Source: an uncultured Pseudomonadota bacterium
Lineage (GTDB): Bacteria > Pseudomonadota > Alphaproteobacteria > RUG11792
Assembly (NCBI GenBank): GCA_902798535.1
Contig: CADBWU010000001.1
Location: 7,053-71,052 of the forward strand
Length of the DNA stretch: 64,000 nucleotides
Direction of reading: 5' to 3'
A model generated the notes under the pieces. It was not told where the DNA came from and ran no database searches. It worked only from the letters and a program-made list of their open reading frames with translations. Positions 39,763 through 49,242 of the stretch are shown piece after piece (within the stretch, counting starts at the first letter, position 1; every line of letters starts with the position of its first letter). The position numbers and the translations under genes are program-made.

Positions 39763-39832
39763 GTCTGTTTTTGAGGGCAAGGCAATAAGAGCAATGCAAT
39801 AATTTTTATTCGTTCCGTGTTTGGAAAATAAA

Positions 39833-40714
39833 TCACTTGAAACACTCAGGTAATTGGGCTCTTTTGGCTAAAATTTTGCCAGTCTGGGTTTGAAACGAAA
39901 TTTCACCGGAGTGTAGATATAATCGCGACGCACTTTGTCCTCCATATTTCTTGTCTCCAATTATTGGGTATCCAATTGAAGCAAAGTGAACTCTTATTTG
40001 GTGCGTTCTGCCTGTTAAAGGTATCGCTTCAATTAACGTACGATTTTTATTCAAATTTTTTATAACTCTAAATTCAGTTATGGCATTTTTCCCATTTTTG
40101 AAATCCACACAAACTGTTTCCTTGTTTTTGGACAGAGGTTTATTTATTCTTCCTTCCATTATCTCTAATTTTCCAGAAACTATAGCAAAATATTTTTTAT
40201 GTACTTGTTTGTTTTGAAACAAATATAGCATATATCTCGAGGTTTCAATATTTTTTGCAAGTACTGTTACTCCACTTGTTTCTTTGTCTATTCTATGAAC
40301 TAAACGAGCGTTCGGATTATATGCTTTTGCCATAACATCCACGGCTAATTTTGTCTTTGAGCCTAACTGCACCGCCAGTCCTGATGGTTTGTTTATGATT
40401 ATCAAATCGTTATCTTCGTATATGATCATGTTCTTGAATTGCTCAACGTAACCAGAATAATCGCGTCTTGTATGTTTTTCTTTTTCTTGAACAGAACAAA
40501 TGCTTGCAAAAAGCCTACAAATTGCAGGATGGATAAAAATTTCATCTTCTTCAGAGACTCTATCTGAGGCATTTGGTTTCGAACCATTTACCAGAATATC
40601 CTTATTTCTAATTGCTTTTTCTATTAGTGATTGAGGTATACGTTTGCCATATACTCGCCTAATATACTTATCTAATCGCGCCTTATCAAATTCCGACATT
40701 GTAAACAGATGCAA
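39833..40714 (-). CDS. RluA-family 23S rRNA pseudouridine synthase (RluC/RluD-like) with S4 domain
   Basis: 293 aa. S4-like RLDKYIRRV ... ILVNG, catalytic HRIDKETSGVTVLAKN, GRTHQIRVHF. Confidence 0.85.
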   Translation of the reverse strand: MHLFTMSEFDKARLDKYIRRVYGKRIPQSLIEKAIRNKDILVNGSKPNASDRVSEEDEIFIHPAICRLFASICSVQEKEKHTRRDYSGYVEQFKNMIIYEDNDLIIINKPSGLAVQLGSKTKLAVDVMAKAYNPNARLVHRIDKETSGVTVLAKNIETSRYMLYLFQNKQVHKKYFAIVSGKLEIMEGRINKPLSKNKETVCVDFKNGKNAITEFRVIKNLNKNRTLIEAIPLTGRTHQIRVHFASIGYPIIGDKKYGGQSASRLYLHSGEISFQTQTGKILAKRAQLPECFK

Positions 40715-41046
40715 CTACTACTCTTCCTGAGCAGTATATATCGCCGTTTACGGTCATCGGCAAAAATAAATCAATAGCATGAACCGGAAATTGTCAGTTC
40801 TGCTCTATAAAAACAAAACTCTAATATTCTAAGTGAAGCTTACGTGATTTGCTTTATCGTTTTATGTCTCATCCATGAGCTGCGTTAGCTTCACGTATTT
40901 CATCATATTCGCCTTGTTTCAAGTTGTGCCGATTACTGGATTTTTTGCTCTTTTTTCATTAAATCTATGTTTTATTAGAACACGCGAATAATATTTGATA
41001 AATACCTTGACGTGGCGAATAAAATATGGTAAATCTAGATTATTAG

Positions 41047-41568
41047 ATGAATAGCATTGCGGGGAATTTGACGGTGGCGAAGACTACTTTTGAAATTGGC
41101 AGTTGGGTTGTTTATCCTGCACACGGTGTTGGAAAATTAGAAAACATTGAAAAAATTGAGTTAAATGGCGAAATATTCGAATTTTTTGTAATCTCATTTG
41201 AGAAGAATAAACTAGTGTTAAAAATTCCTACAACAAAAGCTATCAGTGCGGGGTTAAGAAAAATTTTGACACAATCAGATATGGCGGGAGTGTTCGAATC
41301 GTTAAGACATAAGAGTAAAAAGAAAAAAAGTATGTGGAGCAGAAGGGCGCAAGAGTATGAGGAAAAGATCAATTCAGGCGATCCTGTTTCGCTTGCGCAG
41401 GTTATACGTGAGTTATACAAAGGAACAGGAGAAGCGACACTTTCATTTGGTGAAAAACAAGTTTATCAGCTAGCCATGGAAAGACTAGCAAAGGAAATTT
41501 CAATTATTGAAAATATAGAAGAGACTGAGGCTGTGCGAAAATTAGAAGGAGTTCTACAGGCCGCATAG
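41047..41568 (+). CDS. carD: CarD/CdnL-family RNA-polymerase-binding transcription factor
   Basis: 173 aa. Tudor-like N-domain GSWVVYPAHGVGKLENIEKIELNGEIFEFFVI and a helical C-domain. Confidence 0.85.
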   Translation: MNSIAGNLTVAKTTFEIGSWVVYPAHGVGKLENIEKIELNGEIFEFFVISFEKNKLVLKIPTTKAISAGLRKILTQSDMAGVFESLRHKSKKKKSMWSRRAQEYEEKINSGDPVSLAQVIRELYKGTGEATLSFGEKQVYQLAMERLAKEISIIENIEETEAVRKLEGVLQAA

Positions 41569-41633
41569 ATTCAATTGACTTGTTGTCTGTTACTGACAAT
41601 AATTAAAACATAATTTTTGTGTAGATATTTTTG

Positions 41634-42116
41634 ATGATAACATTAGAGGATAAAATAGAAGGCGAAATAACCCCGCTAGTGCAAGAACTTGGTTGTGAGG
41701 TAGTAAGGATTGCGCTTTTTCCAAATAGAAGGAATAAAGTTTTGCAGATAATGATAGAGCGAATCGATGGAAGTTCTGCAAATATCGACGATTGTCAAAA
41801 GATTAGTAAATCCTTGTCATTGAAACTAGATGTAATGAATGTAATTACGGATCATTATAACCTGGAAGTATCTTCTGCTGGTATAGACAGACCGCTAGTA
41901 AAACCCAAAGATTTTGTAAGATTTTGTCATAGCCATGTTGTTGTAAAAACGCGAGTTGCAAAGTTTGGATGTAAGAATTTTAAAGGAAACTTGGAATTTG
42001 CATCAGAAAATGGTATAAAATTAAGGCTGGATGTTCCTCTACAAGGTAATGAAAATGAAATTTCATTCCTTTATGAGGAAATAAGTAGTGCACATATTGA
42101 TGGGAACAAGAAATAG
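41634..42116 (+). CDS. rimP: Ribosome maturation factor RimP
   Basis: About 160 aa immediately upstream of nusA. LVQELGCEVVRI ... LEVSSAGIDRPL. ATG at 41634; the track begins one codon earlier at TTG. Confidence 0.85.
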   Translation: MITLEDKIEGEITPLVQELGCEVVRIALFPNRRNKVLQIMIERIDGSSANIDDCQKISKSLSLKLDVMNVITDHYNLEVSSAGIDRPLVKPKDFVRFCHSHVVVKTRVAKFGCKNFKGNLEFASENGIKLRLDVPLQGNENEISFLYEEISSAHIDGNKK

Positions 42117-42141
42117 AACTTATTTTGGAGAATTTTGTTAA

Positions 42142-43656
42142 GTGAGTAGAAAAATAAAGTTAGAAGAAACCGCGCAACCGATTGCTAAAAGCGAGATATT
42201 GCCGGTTGCAGACATGGTGGCAAAAGAAAAAGGCATTGAACGGGATGATGTCCTGGAAGCCATGGAACAGGCCGTGTTGAAAATAGCACAGATGAAATAT
42301 GGTGAGGGGACTCAACTTGAGGCTCATATTGACAGAAAAACAGGGGAAATTGAAGTTTTCAGATTGATGGAAATCGTAGAAAAAGATCCAAAGTTTGGCA
42401 AAGAAGTCTCATTAGCAGAAGCACAGAAACAAATTGATGGAGCAAAGGTTGGGGGCATATTAAAAGATAAGTTACCTCCTCTTGATTTTAGAAGAGTGGC
42501 TGCTCAAGTTGCTCGTACTGTTATCGTGCAAAGAGTACAACTTGCCGAGAGGAACAAGCAGTACGCTGACTTTTCTGAAAAGGTGGGAGAAGTAATTACC
42601 GGGACAGTAAAGAGAATTGAATATTCCAATATCGTGTTGGATATTGGTGGAACTGAAGGAATTTTGAAGAAAACGGAAGCCATTCCTCGTGAAATTTTCA
42701 AAAACGGAGAAAGGGTTAAGTTATACCTTGTAGGATTGAATAAGGATCAAAACGCGCCTCTTCTCAATTTATCGCGAACTGCTCCAGAATTTATGAAAAA
42801 GCTATTTGAACAGGAGGTTCCAGAAGTGTATGACGGAACAGTAGCAATCAAAGCGGTGGCGAGAGATCCCGGCAGCAAAGCAAAAGTGGCTGTCACTACA
42901 AAGGAACCCAATTTAGACCCTGTGGGGGCTTGCGTGGGAGTAAAAGGCGCAAGAGTGCAGGCGATTGTTGATGAGCTAAAAGGAGAAAAGATAGACGTCG
43001 TAAACTGGGATGAAAATCCTGCGATTTTTATTGTGAATAGTTTGGCTCCGGCGGAGGTAAGTAAAATCATAATGGAGGAAACTGGAGACAAGGTTACTGC
43101 GGTTGTTCCAGATAAACAACTGAGTGTCGCTATAGGTCGGCGTGGACAAAATGTGCGGCTTGCATCACAGCTCACTGGTTGGATGATAAATGTCACAACC
43201 GAGTCACAAGAAACCGAAGAGAGAAATGTAGAAAATGCACGAACACTAAAGTATTTTATGCATGGTTTAGATATAGACGAAATGATGGCTCAGCTGTTGA
43301 TAAGCGAAGGATACTTCTCAATGAACGAAATTGCGACTTCTCCTGTCGAAAAACTGGCGGCAATACGAGGATTTGATGAAGATATCGCAAGTGAATTACA
43401 ACAACGTGCAATCGCATATATAAGCGCCAAAAAAGAAGAAATAACGAAACTCTGTAAACAGAATAATGTTGAACCTGAATTGATGAATTATGAACTTTTA
43501 AGACCAGAATTGCTTGAGGTTTTGGTGAAGGCCGGATTGAGAACTTTAACAAATCTCGGAGAGTTATCTACGGATGAACTGATGGAGATTGCTGGAGATT
43601 TGTTGACAAAGTCCGAGGCGGAAATGTTAATAATGAAAATACGAGAGACTTGGTAA
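42142..43656 (+). CDS. nusA: Transcription termination/antitermination factor NusA
   Basis: 504 aa with a GTG start. S1 domain GEVITGTVKRIE, KH domains DPVGACVGVKGARVQAIVDEL and AIGRRGQNVRLASQLTG, C-terminal acidic HhH repeats. Confidence 0.95.
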   Translation: MSRKIKLEETAQPIAKSEILPVADMVAKEKGIERDDVLEAMEQAVLKIAQMKYGEGTQLEAHIDRKTGEIEVFRLMEIVEKDPKFGKEVSLAEAQKQIDGAKVGGILKDKLPPLDFRRVAAQVARTVIVQRVQLAERNKQYADFSEKVGEVITGTVKRIEYSNIVLDIGGTEGILKKTEAIPREIFKNGERVKLYLVGLNKDQNAPLLNLSRTAPEFMKKLFEQEVPEVYDGTVAIKAVARDPGSKAKVAVTTKEPNLDPVGACVGVKGARVQAIVDELKGEKIDVVNWDENPAIFIVNSLAPAEVSKIIMEETGDKVTAVVPDKQLSVAIGRRGQNVRLASQLTGWMINVTTESQETEERNVENARTLKYFMHGLDIDEMMAQLLISEGYFSMNEIATSPVEKLAAIRGFDEDIASELQQRAIAYISAKKEEITKLCKQNNVEPELMNYELLRPELLEVLVKAGLRTLTNLGELSTDELMEIAGDLLTKSEAEMLIMKIRETW

Positions 43657-43683
43657 GGGGCATGGGCTAGGAGGCATTATCGG

Positions 43684-46305
43684 ATGAGCAACAATGAAAA
43701 CAAAGGCAAGATACGAAGGGTATTATCTTTGAAATCTACCGCAGATGTACAACCTGTTTCGCCTTCCAGCGGAGGGCGTACAGTTGATATCGAAGTAAGA
43801 AAAAAACGAAGCGGATTAGCTATTAACATAACAAAATCGTTAAAGGGTAGCTATGCAGTCAGCGCTCCACAAGAAGACGAACATCAGAATGGCAAATTAA
43901 CTGATAAAGAATTTAAGGCAAGAGTGAAAGCCTTACAAGAAGCGATCAAGGAAGAGCAGGAGGAACAGGAACGGCATGAAAAACTGTTTCAAAATAATTC
44001 TGCAAGTGATAGGCAGGAGGAGATGGTTGCCGTAACACAAGAGGCAGAGCCTGACGTTACTAGAAAAGATGCTTCTAATGCGGAGGAACAAAACTCAAAT
44101 AAATTTGAATCACGCAAGAACAAGAAAGAGAAATATGAGCTTGGTTCTAATCCTGTCATATTCAAGGCGAAGGAATATACAAAACAAAAACCTTCTCCTA
44201 AAAAACAAAATACAGAGAAAAAACAAGATGCACCAGCTAAGAAAGAACCACAACCAAAGCAGTTAGAACGGGAGGTTCCTGATATACCTTTAAAGGAGCG
44301 TGTGGCAACTCCTCACATACGCCAAAGAGATCGTTTGCTTGATGAGGCGGATTCTCCCAAAAAGATAAGGCTGGTTGTAAATACTAAGAATTCAGACCGC
44401 CGTTCGCAAAATAGCGGGAAGATCTCGCGCGCAATGATAGATCGAATAATGGATGATGATTTAGAGGAACGCTCACGTTCTATGGCATCAATTAAACGTG
44501 CGCGCCAAAAATTGAAGGGAACGGACAAGCCGAAGGAAGTTTCTAAAATTATTCGAGAAGTTGAAATTCCAGATATGATAACCGTTGGAGAGCTCGCAAA
44601 CAGAATGGCTGTGCGTTCTGCAGAGGTTGTTAAGTATCTGATGTCGATAGGCACAATGGCCACGATAAATCAATCGATAGATGGAGATACGGCGGAAGTA
44701 ATATGTTCGGAATTCGGTCATAAACCGAAACGGATTTCAGATGCAGATATTGAAAATGAATTATTAAATGTTACAGATGATCCTGCAGATTTATCTCCAA
44801 GGGCTCCCATTGTTGCTGTCATGGGGCATGTTGATCATGGAAAAACGACATTGCTTGATACGCTCAGAAAAACCAGTGTAGCCCAGCGAGAAGCGGGAGG
44901 CATTACGCAACATGTTGCCGCATATCAGATAGATGCCGGAGATGGTAAAAAGGTAACCTTCATAGATACTCCGGGACACGCTGCTTTCACTAAGATAAGA
45001 GAAAGGGGAGCTGTAATAACCGATATTATAGTTTTGGTTGTAGCGGCTGATGATGGGATTAAGGAACAAACGATAGAAGTTATAAAGCAAGCTAGGTCTC
45101 AAAATGTGCCATTAGTTGTAGCTATTAACAAAATTGATAAACCTGACATAAATATTGAAAAAGTCAAGACAGAACTAATGTCTCAGGAGGTCATCCTGGA
45201 AGAGTTTAGCGGAGACACGCTCAGCGTGGAAATATCGGCAAAACAGAACATAAATTTGGATAAATTGCTCGAAGCAATTTTGCTGCAAGCTGAAATGTTA
45301 GATCTAAAAGCGAATGCTAATAGGGCTCCAGTTGGAACGATTTTAGAATCAAGAATAGATAAAGGAAGGGGAGTTATCGCTTCAGTTATAATACAGCACG
45401 GAACGATTCGAAAAGGTGACGTTTTTGTTGCAGGTGGGACATTTGGAAAAGTTCGTACAATATATGATGATACTGGAAAGATATTGCCTTTTGCCACTCC
45501 ATCTACTCCAGTCGAAATAGCTGGATTTGATTCTGCCCCAGAACCAGGTGATATACTTGCTGTTGTTGATAGTGAACAAAAAGCGAGAGAGATCGCTGAA
45601 TACCGGAGGAACGCGCAGAAAGCAAAGACAAGCAAAGACAAAGTAAAATCAATTGATCGGTTGTTATTAGGAAGTAGCGGAGACATTAAAGAATTGAACG
45701 TATTAGTCAAAGCAGACGTGTATGGATCTCTGGAAGCTGTTGTGGCTTCACTCGAAGCTATACACCATCCTGAGGTAAGCATTAAAGTTGTTGAAAAGGG
45801 AGTGGGCATTATCAGCGAAAGCGATATAGATTTCGCAAAAACGGCTAATGCAATAGTGGTAGGATTTAACGTAAATATGTCTGTTGCTGCGAAAGATGCA
45901 GCCAAATTTTATGGCATAAAGATTTTGAATCACAACGTGATATATCATATGACGGAAGAGGTCAAAGCAATGATGGGAGCCATGCTTGCACCAATTATTG
46001 AGGAAAACTATATCGGAAATGCCGATGTAAGGAAAATATTCACAATAAGTCGGCTTGGAACAATTGCTGGTTGTTATGTTACGGATGGTATCATCAAGAA
46101 AGCAAATTCGAAGATCAAAGTTTTGAGAAGCGGAAAGTGTATTTTCGAGGGAAAAATCAAATCGATGAAGCATGAAAAAGACGAAATTAAGGAATCGCGT
46201 CAGTCGCATGAATGTGGTATTTTAGCTGAGGATTATAATGATTTCAAAGAAGGGGATCAGATTGAATGCTACGAAATAGTTTACAAATCGCGTTCGGTGG
46301 ATTAG
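43684..46305 (+). CDS. infB: Translation initiation factor IF-2
   Basis: 873 aa. AGGAGG lies 9 nt upstream. G-domain GHVDHGKTTLLD, DTPGHAAF, NKIDK. K/E/Q-rich N-terminal region. Confidence 0.97.
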   Translation: MSNNENKGKIRRVLSLKSTADVQPVSPSSGGRTVDIEVRKKRSGLAINITKSLKGSYAVSAPQEDEHQNGKLTDKEFKARVKALQEAIKEEQEEQERHEKLFQNNSASDRQEEMVAVTQEAEPDVTRKDASNAEEQNSNKFESRKNKKEKYELGSNPVIFKAKEYTKQKPSPKKQNTEKKQDAPAKKEPQPKQLEREVPDIPLKERVATPHIRQRDRLLDEADSPKKIRLVVNTKNSDRRSQNSGKISRAMIDRIMDDDLEERSRSMASIKRARQKLKGTDKPKEVSKIIREVEIPDMITVGELANRMAVRSAEVVKYLMSIGTMATINQSIDGDTAEVICSEFGHKPKRISDADIENELLNVTDDPADLSPRAPIVAVMGHVDHGKTTLLDTLRKTSVAQREAGGITQHVAAYQIDAGDGKKVTFIDTPGHAAFTKIRERGAVITDIIVLVVAADDGIKEQTIEVIKQARSQNVPLVVAINKIDKPDINIEKVKTELMSQEVILEEFSGDTLSVEISAKQNINLDKLLEAILLQAEMLDLKANANRAPVGTILESRIDKGRGVIASVIIQHGTIRKGDVFVAGGTFGKVRTIYDDTGKILPFATPSTPVEIAGFDSAPEPGDILAVVDSEQKAREIAEYRRNAQKAKTSKDKVKSIDRLLLGSSGDIKELNVLVKADVYGSLEAVVASLEAIHHPEVSIKVVEKGVGIISESDIDFAKTANAIVVGFNVNMSVAAKDAAKFYGIKILNHNVIYHMTEEVKAMMGAMLAPIIEENYIGNADVRKIFTISRLGTIAGCYVTDGIIKKANSKIKVLRSGKCIFEGKIKSMKHEKDEIKESRQSHECGILAEDYNDFKEGDQIECYEIVYKSRSVD

Positions 46306-46826
46306 TTGCGCTGAATTTATCGGCTTGCACCAATGTGAAGCCTCTGATTGTAGACGAAACTGGGGATATGCCATTGAAAAATTTGCATATCAAGGCAGAT
46401 CCCTATCTGGAATATAAATTTTTAGGAGTATTGCAACGATTGTTGTCAAACTATTTGCCCGATAACTGTCAACATAATGTCACAATTGAGTTGCAAGAAC
46501 ATACGTCATCAGCAATATATACTCAGAAAGACATCGCAAAAGAACAAATTAGAATAACTGCACACATTGACGTGTATGATAGTGCTTATAATCACATAGG
46601 TTCAAAAATGCTGGATGCCTATTCAACTTACGAAGCATGTGACGAAATGCCACATTCAGTTGCCTCTGCAAAATTACAGGCTAGAGATACAGTGATACAA
46701 GAACTGGCTCAGGCGTCAGCTTTAGCTATCAAAGCAATAATTTTCATGAAGGAAAAATCTTCTGGCAGACCAATTTTGTCATCTTCACACAAAAAAACAA
46801 TGATATTTAAAAATGGCGCGCCCTGA
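46266..46826 (+). CDS. Small lipoprotein (possibly LptE-like); function uncertain
   Basis: 186 aa. Lipobox ALNLSAC. The two-layer beta-rich pattern and size are reminiscent of LptE, but I cannot confirm this. The start overlaps infB by 40 nt, and the last 13 nt overlap tRNA-Arg on the other strand. Confidence 0.4.
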   Translation: MLRNSLQIAFGGLVALNLSACTNVKPLIVDETGDMPLKNLHIKADPYLEYKFLGVLQRLLSNYLPDNCQHNVTIELQEHTSSAIYTQKDIAKEQIRITAHIDVYDSAYNHIGSKMLDAYSTYEACDEMPHSVASAKLQARDTVIQELAQASALAIKAIIFMKEKSSGRPILSSSHKKTMIFKNGAP

Positions 46827-46890
46827 AGGATTCGAACCCTCGACCCACAGCTTAGAAGGCTGTTGCTCTATCCAGCTGAGCTAAGAGCGC
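46814..46890 (-). tRNA. tRNA-Arg (anticodon TCT)
   Basis: Reverse complement GCGCTCTTAGCTCAGCTGGATAGAGCAACAGCCTTCTAAGCTGTGGGTCGAGGGTTCGAATCCTTCAGGGCGCGCCA. Anticodon loop CTTCTAA. Confidence 0.9.
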
Positions 46891-46957
46891 CATCTATTCT
46901 CTAATCTACTGATAAAGTAAGATGTTGTCAATAAGATTTTAAGAAGCGCACCTTAAG

Positions 46958-46997
46958 TAAAAAATTTAGGCACCATTTGCAAATATCAAAGGTGCCT
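46958..46997 (-). terminator. Intrinsic terminator of the 47026..47322 gene
   Basis: On the - strand: AGGCACC-tttgatatttgcaaat-GGTGCCT followed by AAATTTTTTAC, 29 nt after the stop codon. Confidence 0.55.
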
Positions 46998-47025
46998 GGT
47001 AAAAAGGAGTTAAGAAATATAATGA

Positions 47026-47322
47026 CTAATCCTCTTTGGAGGAGTCATCAATTTTAATTGATTTGTCTTTTTCATCTTCTGTCATTTTCTCCTCATCACA
47101 CTCTTTGTCTGCATCATCGCATTTATGCTCTTTCTTCAGTTCATCCTTATTTTCGTCCTTGGCTTGCGCCTCTTCTGCAGAAATATCTTTGTTCTTAGCG
47201 TCCTCTGAATTTTCTGCTTCAATCGCAGGAACATCTTGCACTTCTTCGCCAAGTTCTGTAGCGTTTGTGCCAAAAGACAAGGAAGCAACCAACAATGACA
47301 ATAAAGCAATCTTATCTACCAT
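47026..47322 (-). CDS. Small secreted, extremely acidic protein (hypothetical)
   Basis: My start is ATG 47322 (GGAGAG 6 nt upstream), giving MVDKIALLSLLVASLSFGTNA followed by about 75 aa rich in E/D/K with two Cys (HKCDDADKECDEEK). The track ORF starts 39 nt further upstream. Confidence 0.6.
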   Translation of the reverse strand: MVDKIALLSLLVASLSFGTNATELGEEVQDVPAIEAENSEDAKNKDISAEEAQAKDENKDELKKEHKCDDADKECDEEKMTEDEKDKSIKIDDSSKED

Positions 47323-47644
47323 TTTTTCTCTCCAAAAAACAAAATCCGGGGATATCCCCAACTAAGATGTAGTGTATGCTCTAAAGATTAATTTTGTATT
47401 AAAAAAATAAGGTCAATTTCAGATTGAAGAATTTTGTAAGCTACAGAGCTTCTTAAGCAATAGGTTCTCATGGAATGATTATTTATTAAAGCCCCATAAA
47501 GTGTAAAGGCACTAATAACAAAAGTCTTCGACTAAAAAACATAGATGAGGGCCTATCTATTTATAAGCATTTGAGCAATGCTGTAACTCTGGAAATATGG
47601 CATTTTGAAAATTCGTAGTATAATTGTTTGGAAAAGCCAATTAG

Positions 47645-49081
47645 ATGAATGCTATGCAAAAAGTTTTGTTATGTATATTGGACGGTTTTGGATACACTAA
47701 GTCCACAGTCGGGAATGCCACGTTGGAAGCTAAATACATTACTGAGCTTGTAAATTCCAATAATACTGTTTTTCTCGAGGCATCTGGAAGGCATGTCGGG
47801 CTTCCAGAGGGACAATTTGGTAATTCTGAAGTTGGTCATCTGACAATTGGCTCTGGCCAAATATTTAAGCAAAAGCTACCGATGATAACAGATGCAATAA
47901 AATCTGGCGAATTAGAGACTGAACCGAAGCTATTAAACTTTATATCGCGAATTGGCACATGTCATTTAATGGGGCTTTTTTCAAGCGGAGGCGTACATTC
48001 TGATATCGAGCATTTTTTTTGGGCGATCAAGTTTCTGCGCAAAAATAAAATAACAATCAAAGCTCATTTGTTTCTGGATGGAAGGGATGTTGGCTTTAGA
48101 GATGCATTTAAAACTCTAGAGGAAGCGATAAAAACAGATAAAATCCATTTATCCGAAATTGCTACAATTCAGGGGCGTTTCTATGCAATGGATAGGGATA
48201 ATCGTCTTGATAGAACAAAATGCGCTTATGACGCCGTGATTTCAGCTATTGCTGAGTATAAAACGGCAACCCCGCTTATTACCATTAAGGATTTTTATAA
48301 TCGGGATATTAGTGACGAGATGATGCCTCCCATTATTCTGGAAAATTACACCGGTGCAGATAAAAACGATGGCTTTTGGATGCTAAACTTTCGGACAGAC
48401 CGTATCAAACAAATTCTTAAAATGTTGCTCGATAACGGTTTTGATGTGATGAATATGGTCGATTGTGGAGAAGAAATCAGTTCTAGATCTGTTACTCTTT
48501 TTCCGGAGCAAGAAATTAACAATACATTAGGTGAAATCCTGTCGAAAAATGGAGTAAAGCAACTTAGAATAGCTGAAACAGAAAAATACGCACATGTAAC
48601 TTATTTCTTTAATGGAGGGAAGGATGTGCAATTCGAGGGAGAAGATCGTATTTTGATACCATCGCCTAAAGTTAAAGATTATTCGGAAACGCCCGATATG
48701 TCTGCATCAGCAATAACGCAAAAAGTTATTGAAGCAATGCAAACGTCATCGCATCAAGTTATAATATTGAATTTTGCAAATGCTGATATGCTCGGGCATA
48801 CAGGCGATTTTGAGGCAACTAAACAGTCAATGAGACTACTTGATGCACATGTCAAGCAAATCATCGATACCGCGAAAGTCTGTGATTATGCGGTGATCTT
48901 AACAGCAGATCACGGAAATGCGGAGGAGATGATAAATGAAGACGGTTCTCCGAAAAAAACTCATACATGCGCCCCTGTGCCCTTTATAGTTATTCCTGAT
49001 ATGAAATTACAATTTCCGACAAAAACCATAGCTGATGTGGCACCAAATGTGTTGAAGATTTTACGAGAGACCAGCGAATAG
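47645..49081 (+). CDS. gpmI: 2,3-bisphosphoglycerate-independent phosphoglycerate mutase
   Basis: 478 aa. LLCILDGFGY, NSEVGHLTIGSG, NFANADMLGHTG, TADHGNAEEM. Confidence 0.9.
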   Translation: MNAMQKVLLCILDGFGYTKSTVGNATLEAKYITELVNSNNTVFLEASGRHVGLPEGQFGNSEVGHLTIGSGQIFKQKLPMITDAIKSGELETEPKLLNFISRIGTCHLMGLFSSGGVHSDIEHFFWAIKFLRKNKITIKAHLFLDGRDVGFRDAFKTLEEAIKTDKIHLSEIATIQGRFYAMDRDNRLDRTKCAYDAVISAIAEYKTATPLITIKDFYNRDISDEMMPPIILENYTGADKNDGFWMLNFRTDRIKQILKMLLDNGFDVMNMVDCGEEISSRSVTLFPEQEINNTLGEILSKNGVKQLRIAETEKYAHVTYFFNGGKDVQFEGEDRILIPSPKVKDYSETPDMSASAITQKVIEAMQTSSHQVIILNFANADMLGHTGDFEATKQSMRLLDAHVKQIIDTAKVCDYAVILTADHGNAEEMINEDGSPKKTHTCAPVPFIVIPDMKLQFPTKTIADVAPNVLKILRETSE

Positions 49082-49242
49082 CGCAATTGCTTTAAAAGGC
49101 ACCGGTTTATCCTGCCTTTCAAAGCTTGCAATCATATTTACTCTGCACCAACTCATTCCTATTTACTGGTTTCTTTTGCGTTATATTCCCTTATTCCTTG
49201 CATCTACGCATTTATCCACTATTTTTTTATCGGTTTCGCTCG

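Noticed and set aside
45183-45905. 240-aa ORF on the - strand inside infB. The same applies to other long antisense ORFs in the track: 268..669, 1919..2188, 2398..2730, 5852..6274, 27219..27692, 29420..29944, 37791..38195, 42747..43196, 45748..46209, 52966..53499 and 60691..61053.
   Set aside because: Each lies entirely inside a strongly supported gene on the opposite strand. Each has an odd S/I/F/L-rich composition and no recognisable motif. They are typical shadow ORFs.
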